Source of the DNA: Camelus ferus
Lineage: Eukaryota
NCBI RefSeq assembly: GCF_009834535.1
Contig: NC_045696.1
Coordinates: forward strand, 68,264,001-68,328,000
Direction: 5' to 3'
DNA length: 64,000 nucleotides
Shown here piece after piece: positions 24,351 through 36,909 of the stretch (its first letter is position 1; every line of letters starts with the position of its first letter). The notes beneath the pieces are model-generated. The model worked only from the letters and a program-made list of their open reading frames with translations. It was not told the DNA's origin and did not search any database. The position numbers and the translations under genes were made by a program.

Positions 24351-24769
24351 TTATTTTTTCAAGTTGAACTTGTATGAAACGGGGCTTCCTGACTGTTGCT
24401 GTATCAGAACTATCATCAGTCAGGCCAAAGTTATAATACAGTGCTTGGCAAACAGCAGCACTCAATAACCAGTATTGCTATTATTATAGAAAGAGGAATC
24501 TTAGGAGAGCCAAGTTTGCTGGTCCTACCCTCGAACTCAATATTTTTCTGTCTCCAGATCAACTCGCTGCAGATACATACCCCTTGTCTTCAGTGTTTCC
24601 TCCAAAGAAAGTGCTGCCAAACGTCCTCTATTCCAAGGTGGCCAAGGTTCCTTAGACTTAGAAGCCATGGGCCAAGCTCCATTCCTCGCTGATTCTCTCC
24701 TCCCTTCAAATTTCTATCAAGAGATGGTCCTCACTAAAGACGAGATGCTGACTTCTGTTCATCTGAAGT

Positions 24770-24980
24770 CATTCTCCACATAGTTAGCTTCTCCTATTCC
24801 TCATCTTCCCCACGATAGCCCTTTGGCTGTTAGAAGATGATCAATTCATTCCCCAGTGGGTATTTTCTTCTCCAAATTGGAGATCTCATTTTAAATCCAC
24901 CCTTTATCCTATTTAGATTTTCACAGTCCTGGTTGCTCTCCTCTGAGTTCTAGTCTGTAAAGGTTTCCCTTTAAGTGTTG
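24770..24980 (-). mobile_element. L3/CR1 fragment
   Basis: TTTTCTTCTCCAAA..CCTGGTTGCTCTCCTCTGAG..CCCTTTAAGTGTTG. Confidence 0.55.
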
Positions 24981-25499
24981 GCTTATTCATTTATTACGAT
25001 TTCCTGAGCATCTTCCAAGTGACAAGCAAGATACGAAGATGCCCTCAAAATTCCCAGAGTCCAGGGGCTCAGAGAGAAGCCCAGGTCTCCAAGGTTTTGG
25101 CCTTAGAGAACTCTTAGGCAGCATGCCAGTGAGTAGGTTGGGGGGGACACCCTCAGGGAAATCTGCTGGCCCTTCGTACAGCAGCCATATGTAAGCTTCC
25201 CTGGTAAGATGATGGCTAGCCTAGCAAGCAGAGGTTACCAGGAGGCATTTGGTAGAAACGTCATAGCATCCCAGGGCCGGAACGTCTGAGGTTCAGACCC
25301 AGAGAAGAGTTCCAGGCAGAGTAGAGGATGATCACCCACCAAACAGGGCTGATCCAGGGCCATGCCTATGATGGAGGATGAAACACCTTAGCAGATGTGC
25401 TCCTTAGGCTGCTGGCTATGCAGGGAGCTGGTACAAGTCAAAGAAAAGCCCGTTTCTTAAGGAGGAAGAAAGGCGCCCTGCTTTGAACGGAGAAAATGC

Positions 25500-25640
25500 T
25501 GACCCTGGGCTGTTGGTGTTGGGTGCCCTGGGTTATACTGCATAACTTCTTAGGAAGTCAGTTTCTTCATGTGAAGATAGGAGTAGGTTTGGACTGTTTA
25601 TTTGATCTGCAAATGTCCTTTCCAACTCTGAGAATTTCTG
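25500..25640 (+). mobile_element. MIR3 SINE
   Basis: TCAGTTTCTTCATGTGAAGATAGG..GATCTGCAAATGTCCTTTCCAACTCTGAGAATT. Confidence 0.7.
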
Positions 25641-26179
25641 ATCCACAGAACAGCAAATCTTAACTTGTCAAATTCTTTCAATGGCTTCTCACATCCTTCT
25701 TCACCCATTCCAGAAAAGCACAGAAAAGGAGATGACCTCATTGGTCACCGGGCAGATGTTGGAGAGTCCACTGGGACTCACGGCTTCTGGAGCTACTTTG
25801 GTGCTCACACCCAGCTGCAGCTAAAATCTGCTGCTGGCAGGATTTGTATCCAGTTTACCGAGCCTGGTGCTGGAGCTGCTGCCTCTTAGCTCCTCTCATT
25901 AAGGCAAACCACCATCTTATTTTGTTTTGTTTTCCTTGCATGTTTAGAGTTTGCTGCTTCTCAGCTCTTGTTATTAGAACAGACAAAATTAATAACTCCT
26001 GGCACATGGAGCAGCCAGATTGGACGATCTGCCTTTTGCTTTCTCAAACTGTCTTCTGAGCAATCTGCAAGACTGAATTTATAGCCTGGACCTCATACAG
26101 TGGATTGTTTTGTAATCCCCAGAAAGAATCAGGAACTCAACCACATTGCCAGCTTGAAAAAATAAAATTCTTTTTGTAG

Positions 26180-26612
26180 CTCATAGTGGAAGTTTTATCC
26201 AACCTCTTCAGTTAAGAACGGAAAGCGATATGTAATCTCATCCTTTCTTAAACCTCTCTTGAGAAGACGATTCTGTGGACTTCTTTGGTCCCCATTCTAG
26301 AATGTTCCATTTAGGGTCATCAGGAGTTGGTTCCTAAGGTCTAAGCCACTCAACTTCGGTGGCAGCCTAGACCCATCTCCTTAGCAGAGACTTGCCTTTC
26401 TCATTTGATTTTTTTTTCTTGTGATGGAAGAATATTATTAATATCGTATCAGAGTCCTCTATTTTCACGCTAAGCGATCACAGAGCCTGAACTGGCCTTT
26501 TCCACTTCAGGAAATACTCCAACACATCAGGCATTTCCAGTCCTGTCATTTGGATCCTTGTTCATTTGTCTAGGTTTGTTTAAATGGATAGAACCTAAAC
26601 TGGACCAATGCA
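26180..26612 (-). mobile_element. L3/CR1 LINE
   Basis: CCCATTCTAGAATGTTCC..CAGGAGTTGGTTCCTAAGGTCTAAGCC..AACCTAAACTGGACCAATG. Confidence 0.55.
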
Positions 26613-26742
26613 ATCATTTTATAATAGTCACTGAGCTACCTCTTGTTCCTTGGTGCTGCAGACGACACAAATTTGAATAAAATAAGATTTCTGCTCTCCA
26701 GCAGCTTACGGTTTATAATCATACTGGGCTGAATTCTACTTA

Positions 26743-26905
26743 CAGCGGTGATAAAAACTTGTCTGCACACTGGCTTTCCTGGGGAGCTTGAGAAACTATT
26801 GAGGACTCTATCCCATTTCCAAGGAGGTTCTGATTTAACTTGTTTGGTGTGTGTCCTCAGCTTTGGAAGTTTTAAAAAATTCTCAGGTCATTCTAATGTG
26901 CAAAG
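26743..26905. mobile_element. MER5-family hAT MITE
   Basis: CCTGGGGAGCTTG..TTCTGATTTAACTTGTTTGG..TTTTAAAAAATTCTCAGGTCATTCTAATGTGCA. Confidence 0.8.
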
Positions 26906-27024
26906 CACATATTTGAAGGATTGAGAAATATACACACAAACACACAAAAGATATATTAATAGAAAAATTGAGAAAGTTTTCATAGAAGACTTTACTATAA
27001 AATTCTATCAGAGATTCAGTTTAA

Positions 27025-27180
27025 CAGTGAGGATTAAGTGGCTGGCTTTGATGCAGATTGGAATTCGAACTTCAGCTCTGTCCTTTAGTGGCTGTGTGTT
27101 CCTGGATGAGTTACTTACCCTTTCTGAGGGACAACCATGAGTGAGAGCACACAGAATCCGGAGGAATGCAGGGCATGTGA
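27025..27180 (+). mobile_element. MIR SINE 5' half
   Basis: TTCGAACTTCAGCTCTGTCCTTTAGTGGCTGTGTGTTCCTGGATGAGTTACTTACCCTTTCTGAG. Confidence 0.8.
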
Positions 27181-27559
27181 AGTAAGTAATGGGACGAACA
27201 GTGACAGGTGAAGGACACAGATTTTCCTGCTGAGGGATCTGTAGGAGGGCAGGCTCATAGGAGATGCAAAGGAAGTGGTGGATGAGACAGATGTTAAAGA
27301 GACTTTTCCTAGTGTCCAAGATCTCTCTCCTCTCCATCCAATCCTCCCACCCAAATCAAAGCCAGTTCAGTTGAGTCCCTGTTATAAACCAGAACGTCAA
27401 TCTATGGCTTAAGAGCCAGACCAGAGTCATGTTCTGAGCAACTGACTCTCATGAGCAGAATACCTAGTCTCTTCATCGGCTGCTCCCTGTCTCTTTGCTA
27501 CTCAAGACTCTTCGACATTCCCAATGAGAACAAACGAAATTATGAAGAAAATTATGTCA

Positions 27560-27845
27560 CATATACTATGAAAAGTGGACAGAATTAGAACTTGAGACTG
27601 GAGAAGAGAAGGCTGAGAATACGATACCTTTACTCTGAATAAATCCAGATCTGCCCAAGTTAGTATTAATTGCTTTTCATGGTGCCATTGTAAAGTTAAC
27701 CTAAGTAACAGGTGATTCTTACGCTGAGAATGTTGGTTCCCTAGATTCTGTTGTGAGGCCCATGACAGGGCTAATGAGAAATAAATCTACAAAATGAAGA
27801 ACTCTTTCCGTTAGAGTAGATGGATAAATTTCAACGAGAATGTCA
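27560..27845 (+). mobile_element. L3/CR1 fragment
   Basis: CTGGAGAAGAGAAGGCTGAG and GAAGAACTCTTTCCGTTAGAG landmarks. Confidence 0.6.
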
Positions 27846-27889
27846 CACAATTTGCAAATGCTTGGAGGAGAAAGCTGTAGACATTTTGC

Positions 27890-28075
27890 AGAACAGAATC
27901 AAGTCATAAAATGTCTGGGCCAGAAAGACCTTGGAATTCATTTCATCCAGGCTTCAGTGTGTACAGATGAGGAGATGGAAGCCCAGAGGGGTGACGTGAT
28001 TTGTACAGGGTCACACAGTGAAAAACTTGCTGGGGGGAGGAGGGAAAGTAGGTGTCTTTTCTCCTGGTGCTCATT
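27890..28075 (-). mobile_element. MIR/MIR3 SINE
   Basis: TACAGATGAGGAGATGGAAGCCCAGAGGGGTGACGTGATTTGTACAGGGTCACACAG. Confidence 0.85.
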
Positions 28076-28419
28076 GGCTGTAAGAAAATCCTTCTTTTTG
28101 GTTTCTCACTCAGGAAGAGCTGGTCTCCTCTTGAATGGCAGTTTACCTCACCGCTGCTGAAACTCGTCACATCCCTGTATCATGACCACGGGATTCTGTG
28201 TGCATTTTGCAAATCAACCTGCTTTCTTGAGTCCTACTTGCTACTCTGTTGCCATTACTTTACCTTGCCTCACTTTCTTTTCCCCTTTTTTAAAAAATGC
28301 ATTAATTTCACTTTGGTGTATTGGAAGCATCAGTGCAAACTGTCTTAATTCCTCTGTGGAACAAGGTAGGGTAAAAAGATAAATAGCTTGGTTCCAGTGG
28401 CACCATGCTCTCACCATAG

Positions 28420-28640
28420 ATGAGAATTTTTATTTATTGTTATCCACTATGTGTTTATATACGTTGTTATTTTTTTAATTCTCTTAACATCACCACGAGG
28501 TATGTACTATTATTTTCTTCATTCTACATGGGGAAACTGAGCCTCATAGAACTGAAGAAATTGCCTGAAGCTTATAACTGGCAAGTGGGAGGCATGAGGT
28601 TAAATCCAGGTCTGACTGACCCCAGGGCTCGTGTCCCTTC
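28420..28640 (-). mobile_element. MIR SINE
   Basis: CATTCTACATGGGGAAACTGAGCCTCATAG..AAATCCAGGTCTGACTGACCCCAGGGC. Confidence 0.85.
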
Positions 28641-29419
28641 CCCTAGCCGGGTGACCCTCTGGAGATATTTATTGCCTGGGAGCGGGAAGGCTGCCCAAGG
28701 TCTGCTGAATGGCCTGAGTGTGCTGTTTTCCCACAGTGCTTTGCGGCTTTATTCTTTAGAAGTGCCTAATTATTTCACTCAGTGAGAACTCAAATGTTAC
28801 TCCAAACAACTGGTTTCCAAAGAATTGGCTATTTTCCCTGTTTTTATTGTTGGGGGAAAGAAACCCAACGAGATTTTTTTTTTCTTTGTTACTCCATTAC
28901 TTTACAAGAACAAAAATAATCACGTTAAGATGTCAAAAATAAATTTTAAATGTGCAAATGTGGAAGGAAGACACCTCCTGTCTGGGAGAATCGGAAGAAA
29001 TTTAAATAGAAACGCAGTGGCCACAATTCAAATTAAGATGTTAATAGGACATTAATAAGAAGGAGCCGGGGAATAAACACAGGATTGCGAAATAAGTTTA
29101 AAAAGTCATGTAAGTGAGAAGCACATTATGTGACTGGGACCCTGCACTGGCCTGTGCTTGTTATCCGTGCTGACCCCACAGGGACAGAACCCCTCCTTGC
29201 TCTGCTTCTCTGCACTCAGCCCTGAGCCAGATACTTCAGGAGAGCAAAGGCTCTGGTTTGTGCCCTTGAGAGCTCCAATATGAATATGATAAATTTGACT
29301 CTGGCTGCAGTGAACAAAGCTTATGCCCAAGAAACTATTAGAATTCATCTTACCGGGGAGGCCAAGTTTCAGGGCTGAATCAAGTGATGCCACAAATTTG
29401 GACTGCAGTAAATCCTTAC

Positions 29420-29782
29420 ACTGATGGAACATGAGGGAACCTCAGGGACACCAGTCTAAACCTTCATTTTCTACAGGAAGTTTCCAGGGAGGCTCAGGGA
29501 GAGGAAGGGGCTGGCCCAGGGCCATACAGTTAATTCATGGTAATCATCATGGCTGCTTGTTGGGCACCAGACCGTGTGCTACACACTTCACACTTGACAT
29601 ATTCAGCTTCTTATATAACCCATGACAACGCAATGAGGTAGTTATTATCCCCATTTGGAGATGAGAAAACTAAGGCATCGAGTTGGGAGTTGCTTGCCTG
29701 AGATCACACAATTAGCAAGTTGTAGAGGAGGGATTTGAACACCAGTACATCTGACTGCAAAGTCCATCTTCCTTTTAACCAT
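29420..29782 (-). mobile_element. MIR3 fragment followed by a near full-length MIR (~29545-29782)
   Basis: TTATTATCCCCATTTGGAGATGAGAAAACTAAGGCA..GGGATTTGAACACCAGTACATCTGACTGCAAAGTCCAT. Confidence 0.85.
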
Positions 29783-29861
29783 TGACAGCAGAGCTGGGAC
29801 TGATATCCAGAGCCAAGTTCACCTTGGTAATGCTCCCTTTCACATAGAGAACCTTTGAATA

Positions 29862-30895
29862 TATTCAGTGATTTATTCAATTCGTATTTTTCTGAAGGCC
29901 AACTATGAGCAGATCTTGGGCTACACCCTGGGGATATAAAAAGTTAACAGGTACAGGTTCTTAACCTCCTGGATCGTATATTATAATGAAGTGACTGATG
30001 CTTAAACAGGAAAATTACAGTACAGTGTGGTAAGTGTTATTAGGGAGATATAAACAAGGGCTGTGGGAGATCAGGACAGAGCACATAGTTCTGCCTGGAA
30101 GGAATAAGGGGGTGACCTCACAGAGGTAGTGAAATACGAGTTGGGTCATGAAATATGACTGAGTTTTCCAAACAGAGAAGGGAAGAGATACAACATTGTG
30201 AAAGACATCAGTATGTTGGGGTCAGAAATTCAGGGCCACTCCATGGAGTGAGGAGGCAGGAGATGAAGTCTGGGATGAGATCAGGAAGGGTGTTCTGTGC
30301 CCTCATCAAGGAATTTTGCCTCAATTCTATGGGCAGTGGATCAACAACAGGGATTCCTAAGTGAGAGCATGTCTTGGTTAGATTTGCTGTTTAAGAAGAT
30401 AACCCAAGGAGATGTGGAGGGCAGAGAACAGATGTTGCAGTGGTCCTGCTGAAAACTAATGAGGGCTTGAGTCAAGGCATTGTGGGTGGAGGCAGGATGG
30501 ATGAGAGAAATTAGATTCTGGAGTTAAGCTCCTAGGGGGAGATGACTAGCACATGGAGGGCAAGGGAAAGAAGTGTCCTAAAATGAGCCTGTGATTTCTA
30601 GCTCTAGAGGTGGACTGAACGTGATGCTCATAACCAGGGCTGAACACAAAGGAGCAGGTTCAGTAATGCTCAGGTGAGGGGTGGGGGAAAGGGAATTCTC
30701 TCTTGAGCACACTGTTTTAAGCTTCTGCACCCCCCCACTGGAGATGTGAGGTGCAACTGGGAAGACAATGTGGTGGTTGGGAGAGAAGAGGGGAATGGAG
30801 ACAGAGAATCAGGAGACCTCAGGTTATCGATGGTACTCAGAACTCTCAAACCAAGGGAGTGTCCCCAGGGAGATCTGTGGGGCAGAACTAGATGA
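29862..30895 (-). mobile_element. L2 LINE (~1 kb)
   Basis: Collinear antisense landmarks: CAGTACAGTGTGGTAAGTG, AAGGAATTTTGCCTCAATTCTATGGGCAGTGG, AGATTTGCTGTTTAAGAAGATAAC, ACTGGAGATGT. Confidence 0.85.
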
Positions 30896-31109
30896 AGCCC
30901 CCAGGTAGGACATGAGTATATTCTATGGCCCTTCCCAGGCCAGAGTCCCTTAGGCAGGCAGAGACTCCCTGAGGGCAGGCTCTCACTAAAGTCACCCTGG
31001 CTTCCTTGAGTGGGACTTGGACAAAAGGGTCACTCCACACTGACTTCAAAGTCTCTTCAATGTCTCTACTAATTTACATGTTTTTCAAATAATTTTTTAA
31101 AATGATTAA

Positions 31110-31470
31110 CCCAGTAACTATTTATTGAACGCATAGTGCCTGGCGGGGCATGGAGCGATGAGTCAGACACGGTATCTGTCTTCAAGGAGTTTCCGTCTAA
31201 TATTAGGTGGAGCTAAACAGCAAATTAAACAGCAAGTGTAAAAGTGCTTGGCAGGGTGTCTGACTTAATAGATGAGAAATTATTTTCATTTAAAAATGAT
31301 ATCTATAAATACCTGAGAGAAGGCATAAAGACAGTTCTGAGGAAGAGGAGGTGACTAGATTTAGCAGAGGCATGAGGGAAGTCTTCTTAGAAGCGGTGGG
31401 ACATAGGCATGAAGCATGGATAGGGTTGGAGCAGGCAGAAGGGGCATGGGTTGGAGATGGGGACACACTG
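31110..31470 (-). mobile_element. L2 fragment
   Basis: TATTTATTGAAC..ATGAGTCAGACACGGTATCTGTCTTCAAGGAGTT..AGGGAAGTCTTCTTAGAAG. Confidence 0.7.
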
Positions 31471-32129
31471 TCTGATAAGCAACTATGTTTACAGGTGGGA
31501 CCAACTGGTCAGAGAGACCCCAGGCAGGGTGTTGCCTCCAGTTCCATAGAATGGAGCCTGAGAACTGAGACTCACACCAGACACTGGGTTCACAGGGCTG
31601 AGCAACCATAAGCAGGACTAGTTCCCAAGAAGGGTCAGAGGGCTCTGGGCGCCCCCCTCCCAGCCCCCATCCTGACTCATTATGGGACAAAGCTGTTTTA
31701 GTGCTTCATTTCCCTTGGTCAAACCAGGATGATTTGAATGCACCTGCCTCTCTTCCGTCCTCACTGCCTGGCTAAGGCAGCCGTTGTGAGGGGAAGAGAA
31801 CGCTTCCTAATTGTGGTCCTGTGGCCCAAGCACCACGTGAAGGCTCTTGGCGGTCTCACTCAAATGAGGTGGGGGCCGGCTGACTGCTCACCACACTGGG
31901 AGGACGTCGGGGTTATTCCTTCTCAGTAGTCCTCTGGTCTGGTTTTGAAAGTGCAAATTTCAGAAGCTTGGAGCTGCTCATTTAAAAAAATGAGGTGTGG
32001 AAGTGAAGCGGAGTTCCACTTACCAGATAATTGCCAGGTCTAACTCTCTTGTCCCCACCAATTATCTCCCAGCCCCCTCCTTCCCACCAAATTAGACATA
32101 CTTGAAATACAGAGCAAATGGTCTCATTT

Positions 32130-32218
32130 AAAAAAAAAAAAAAAAGAGGAAGAAAATAAAAAAAAAAAAAAAGAAGAAGAAGAAGGAAATTAAAAAAAAA
32201 AAAAGAAGAAAGTAAAAG
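32130..32218. repeat. A-rich low-complexity tract, three imperfect T-A(n)-GAAGAA units
   Basis: Directly visible. Confidence 0.85.
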
Positions 32219-32734
32219 CTATAAAATATCACCACGCACCTGGAAGGGTCACTGTCCTTTCACACACAGTGAAATTTTATGGAAACCCCTACTTCATGGA
32301 GCAAGAGGTCACCCTGTCTATCTACAAGGGCATAGGACCTTGGCTTCTCCACTCAGAGCTCTGCTCCCACCAGTCACACCTGCGAAGTGGCCAAGAAACC
32401 ACAGAACCCTGAGCCACCATCCCCAGGGACTGCGGGACAATGGGGGTCAGTGTTTTAAACACAGCAATTAGAGCTGTTGACCCATTTGACTTCCCTTGGT
32501 CTCCGGGGCAGTTGATGATGGTGATGGTGGTGACGATGATGATAACACTATCAATGACCTTCTGGAGTCGTGAGTCATACTGCTACAAAGCACTTTCACA
32601 TTTATTGACTCATTTTCTCTCAGAAACATCCTGGGGATCCCAGTCACCTTCAGAGTATCCCCAAAAGATAAACGACCACCTCTAGCAAAGTGAACTTGAA
32701 TGTGGATTCATTATTTAGAACGGCGCACGGTGGA

Positions 32735-32935
32735 ACTTTTTGGATTTGCATTGTGGTCTTGCCCTTACCAGCTGGGTGACCTTGGACAAATCACTTCACC
32801 CCTCCTAGCCTTAGCTTCTTCATATGTAAAATGTGTTAATAATAACTGTCTCAGAGGGTTATTGTAGGGATTTAAATGACTTCATGTAAATAGAAAAGGA
32901 CATTATAGCCTCTAAGGCAGTATGCAAATATTAAT
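32735..32935 (+). mobile_element. MIR SINE
   Basis: CCAGCTGGGTGACCTTGGACAAATCACTTCACC..CATATGTAAAATG..GAGGGTTATTGTAGGGATTTAAATGA. Confidence 0.9.
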
Positions 32936-33198
32936 TACCATCTATACCACGGTGAGCTATTTGCAAAAGAAGGAATGTAAATATAGTTTTGAGATGGCGG
33001 GTGTGATGTGCCTGAAAGAGCACTTCACTTGGAATCAAAAGATACGGATTCTATTTTGGCCTCTACACGCCAGGTGGCAGCGACAAGGTGGCTTTCAGGC
33101 AGGCAAACACAGCCATGCAAGTGATGCATTTAGCAGCAAAAAAAAACAAACAAAAAAAAAAACGGCTGCCACCGTCCACCTGACACCTTGTCACCTGT

Positions 33199-33676
33199 AA
33201 AAGCTGCCCATATCTTAATCCCAGGAATGTGTGACTATGTTACCTTACATGATAAAGGGACTTTGTAGATGTGATTAAGTTAAGGAATTTGGGATGGGGA
33301 GAGATTATACTAGATTATCCAGATGGGCTCAGTGTAATCACAAAGCTCTTTTTAAGAAGTATGTGGGAGAATCAGAGTCAGAGAGATGGCTATGGGACAA
33401 TAGAAGCAGAAATTGGAATGATGGCCTTTGAAGATGGCCAAGTCAAAGAATACAAGCAGTCTCTAGAAGCTGAAAAATGCAAGGAAACAAATTCTCCTAT
33501 AGAACCTCCCGAAGGAACCCGCCCTTTTCTTTGACTTTAAAGCTTTCCTTGACTTTAAAGCCCAGAAAAACTAATTCTGGACTTCTGGCTTCCCGAACTG
33601 TAAGAGAATAGCTTTGTGTTGTTGTAAGCCATCAGTTGGTGGTAATTTGTTACAATAGCAGGAGAAAACTCATACA
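33199..33676 (+). mobile_element. MLT1D-like MaLR solo LTR
   Basis: TATGTTACCTTACATGATAAAGGGACTTTGTAGATGTGATTAAGTTAAGGA ... TGGTAATTTGTTACAATAGCAGGAGAAAACTCATACA. Confidence 0.92.
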
Positions 33677-33919
33677 CCAACTTTCCCTGGAGCTCTCGGG
33701 TCCTCAAGCACTGGGTCTCCCATTTTCTTCCTCTCACTATGAACCCAGCTTCTTAATAGGCTGGTGGGCAGTGCCCAAGTGCCCCTCCACCTGCTTCCCT
33801 TCTTGGATGGACCATCATGGAGCTCACGCATTACTGGGATTTGCAAGTGATGCACTCCTCAGCTCCGTGTCTCAAGTCAAGTTGACCAGAGACCTTCCTG
33901 GTGCACTGTTTCTCAGGAA

Positions 33920-34110
33920 ATGTAGCTTGACTGTGGGTAAGTCACTTAAACACTCAGACTCTCTATTTTCTCATCTATCATTTGGGGATAAAATTTGCTT
34001 CCACATCTACCTCACAAGGTAGCTGGGGGACTTAAGAGAAATGTTGGCAATGAAAACTCTTTGCCACTTATAAAATGCTCTTTATGGGTAAACTTCTCAC
34101 TATCATCATC
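33920..34110 (+). mobile_element. MIR SINE
   Basis: GACTGTGGGTAAGTCACTTAAAC..TTTTCTCATCTATCATTTGGGGATAA..CTACCTCACAAGGT. Confidence 0.8.
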
Positions 34111-34749
34111 ATTATTTTAGACACAGGATTTTCCAGCTTAATCTCTTCTTCACTCAACATATATGTTGTGGCAAGTAACAAACCCTCTGATTCATTTTGT
34201 AGGGAGAATATCCAGTTAGGCATTGGATTTTGGGTGTCCGGCATGTCCATGAACTTGCATTTTCAATTCAAACCTAAAAATATGTTTTAAAAAAACAGAT
34301 GTTGTGAGGACCTTAAATATTATTCAGTAATGTTGCCCATTTGGAGATGATGAGGTGGGGCAAATTTCACTTGCCTTTCTCTTTGTGGACCTAAAATAGA
34401 AATGACACTTTACTGATCAGTAATAGGGTCATCTGAAAACAAGAGCTTTTAAAACATCTTTCAGCCACAAGACTGCCGAGAGCAGAAAAGCTGTGTGTTA
34501 CTGCAGACCTGTGCTTGTGTGTCTTGCCACAGAAAAATGGAAACCCCCACTAGTTACGGGCTCTTTCTCAAACATTAAAACCACAATTTACCTAAAACTC
34601 ACTCTCGACCATCAGAATGGTTTATGCACCACGACCTCACTAACCTTCTCTGACTTGATTAGGATCAGAAGAAATCAAGCAGTAGTCTGGTAAATTTGGT
34701 CAGAGAGCAGAGACTATTAGAATGCAAGGCAAAGGAGGTGGTGGAAAGG

Positions 34750-34965
34750 AAATAACATTTATCAACCACTTAATTCAAGAGGCAAGACCATATACTCTTC
34801 CACACACAGTGTCTAATTTGATTCTCACTGCAATTCTGTTATGTAGCTCTTATTCCCATTTTACAGATGTGGAAGCTGTGGGCTCAGAAAGATTAAGTAA
34901 CTTTCCAGAACATCAGAGTAGAATGTGCTAGAGCTGGCTTTCCAGGCCACTTCTAGTTCATGCCT
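34750..34965 (-). mobile_element. MIR SINE
   Basis: TATTCCCATTTTACAGATGTGGAAGCTGTGGGCTCAGAAAGATTAAGTAACTT. Confidence 0.9.
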
Positions 34966-35854
34966 TTACAAAAGAGGGAACATGAGAGGAATCAATTGTC
35001 CCGAAGTCATATATTTACTTAGTGCCCCTGTCACTTCAAAAATTTAGGCTCACTAGATAACTAGCTTTGACCCTTCCCTTTGAAACTACCTCAGCATGTT
35101 CTAAGTCCTTGCAAATGCAAGAGACCTGAACGACACTCCAGAGCCTTCTTCCTTGGACCCTAGAGTTGCTACTTCTCAGGTGTATTTCCTGAGGTTCTGA
35201 GTGTGTTGAGGCCCATGGCTTTCCCATAAGAGGCTGAAGTGCCTTCTTTGACTCTTTGTCAGGTTCTGCTTTGTGATGACCAGCACTCACTGAAAGTGGT
35301 GAGCAGAGGTTTTGCAACATCTTTCCCTGTGCCCAGTGCAAGGAGTAAAACAAGTAATGGCTTTGAAGGCACAATATGGATGTCAAGACCCAAGGTGGCT
35401 ATTATTTCAGTGTGCACTTGTGGGCCAATCAGGAGTGGGCTAGATAACCCCCCAGGTCTGGATTTCTCACTTCTAGGAGATTAGTTAGATTGGCTTGGTT
35501 GAAATCCCAAGTATATGAGGTTAGTGAGGGAAGCTCTAAATGGATTCTGGCTTAGGCTGTCTGAAACGTCACCTTTTGTTCATTCATGGAGAACTCAAAA
35601 CAATCCAGCACCCCTTCCCCAGAGGGTGCACCACATGTTTCTTTGGGAGTGATGATCCAAGGGGACTCTATAAAGATGTGATAGACTGAGTCTCCACCAA
35701 ATTGGTAGCACTGAAGATGGAGAGAGGATTGGTCGGGGCAGTAAGCGAAATGAAGTAGATCCTTAGGGAAGAAAGATAGGCTATAAATGGAGAGGAAACT
35801 AATGCTGGTTAAGAATCCCTGCTATTTCATGGGATTGTGCAGACCAGGTCCAGG

Positions 35855-36030
35855 TTTCCAGAAAGCAGAAGATCTGGACTCTGGTTCCAATTGGACCAAC
35901 TACTCTTTGAACCTACCTAAGTCATTCAAGCTCTTAGGATATCATTTTTCTCAAATGACAAGAGACATGACATCTTCCCAGCTGCCTCACAAAGTTGTTG
36001 TAAAGATTAAAATGAGACAGTATATGTCAT
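35855..36030 (+). mobile_element. MIR SINE
   Basis: CAGAAGATCTGGACTCTGGTTCC..CTGCCTCACAAAGTTGTTGTAAAGATTAAAATGAGA. Confidence 0.8.
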
Positions 36031-36309
36031 CTCTCCCAGAAGAATGTGGAATAGGTGTTGTACAATACAGTAAAAATCATTATATGTAGAGCCCTCTATT
36101 GGAAAACAACTCTTATTCCCCTTTTCCTGTTCAGGGAAACCAGGTCTGAGATGTTGAGATCTTTCTAAGGGCATTTATGTGGTAGGAGAACCAGTGTGCA
36201 TTGCTATTAGCAAATAGCGGGAGAAAGGCATGTGGTTGAATGTTTTCCCGGATACTAGAGATGTGCTGGCAGTAACCAGATTCAGCAGCAGGATGGAGAA
36301 AGGGGCACG

Positions 36310-36817
36310 TGGAGTTAATATTGTTGCAACAAAGCACCTTAATAAATGTAGTGGTTTAAACTGTGGGTGAGGAGTTTGGGAGGAGCTGGGCTGTGTATTT
36401 CTGGCTTAGGGGTTCTCGTGTTGTTGCAGACAGTGGCTGGAGCTCGGAGAGTTGGAGAGGGGGTATCAGAGCAGCTGGGAGCAGGCCAAGCATCTCTCAG
36501 GACCCCTCCATGTGGCCCCTCTGTGTGGGGACCACACAGCGTGGCAGTCTCAGGGCAGCTGGACTGCTTCCTTGGCAACTCAGGCCTCCACGTGAACAAA
36601 GAGGAAACGGCATCATCTCTGTATGTGATGTAGCTTCAGAAATCATACATTGTCACTTACACTGTATTGAAATGATTACCATCAAGTCATAACCCCACTC
36701 AGATTCAAAAGAAGACTTAGATCCCACCTTTTGATGGGAGGAGAGGCAGGTTTCTAGAAGGGCACATGGTATAGGAGAGATTATTGCAGCCATCTTCAGG
36801 AAATGCAGTCTGCCAAA
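36310..36817 (-). mobile_element. MLT1H-like MaLR solo LTR
   Basis: GTAGTGGTTTAAAC ... ATCCCACCTTTTGATGGGAGGAG..TTGCAGCCATCTTCAGGAAATGCAGTCTGCCA (reverse complement of the MLT1H start). Confidence 0.85.
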
Positions 36818-36909
36818 GAAAAAAAGCCCACAGCACTGTCACAAGGAAGATTAAGGGTCTCAGACCCCAGGAGAAGGGGCAGTTATTTCTGCACCAAGGG
36901 TGTTAGCAA

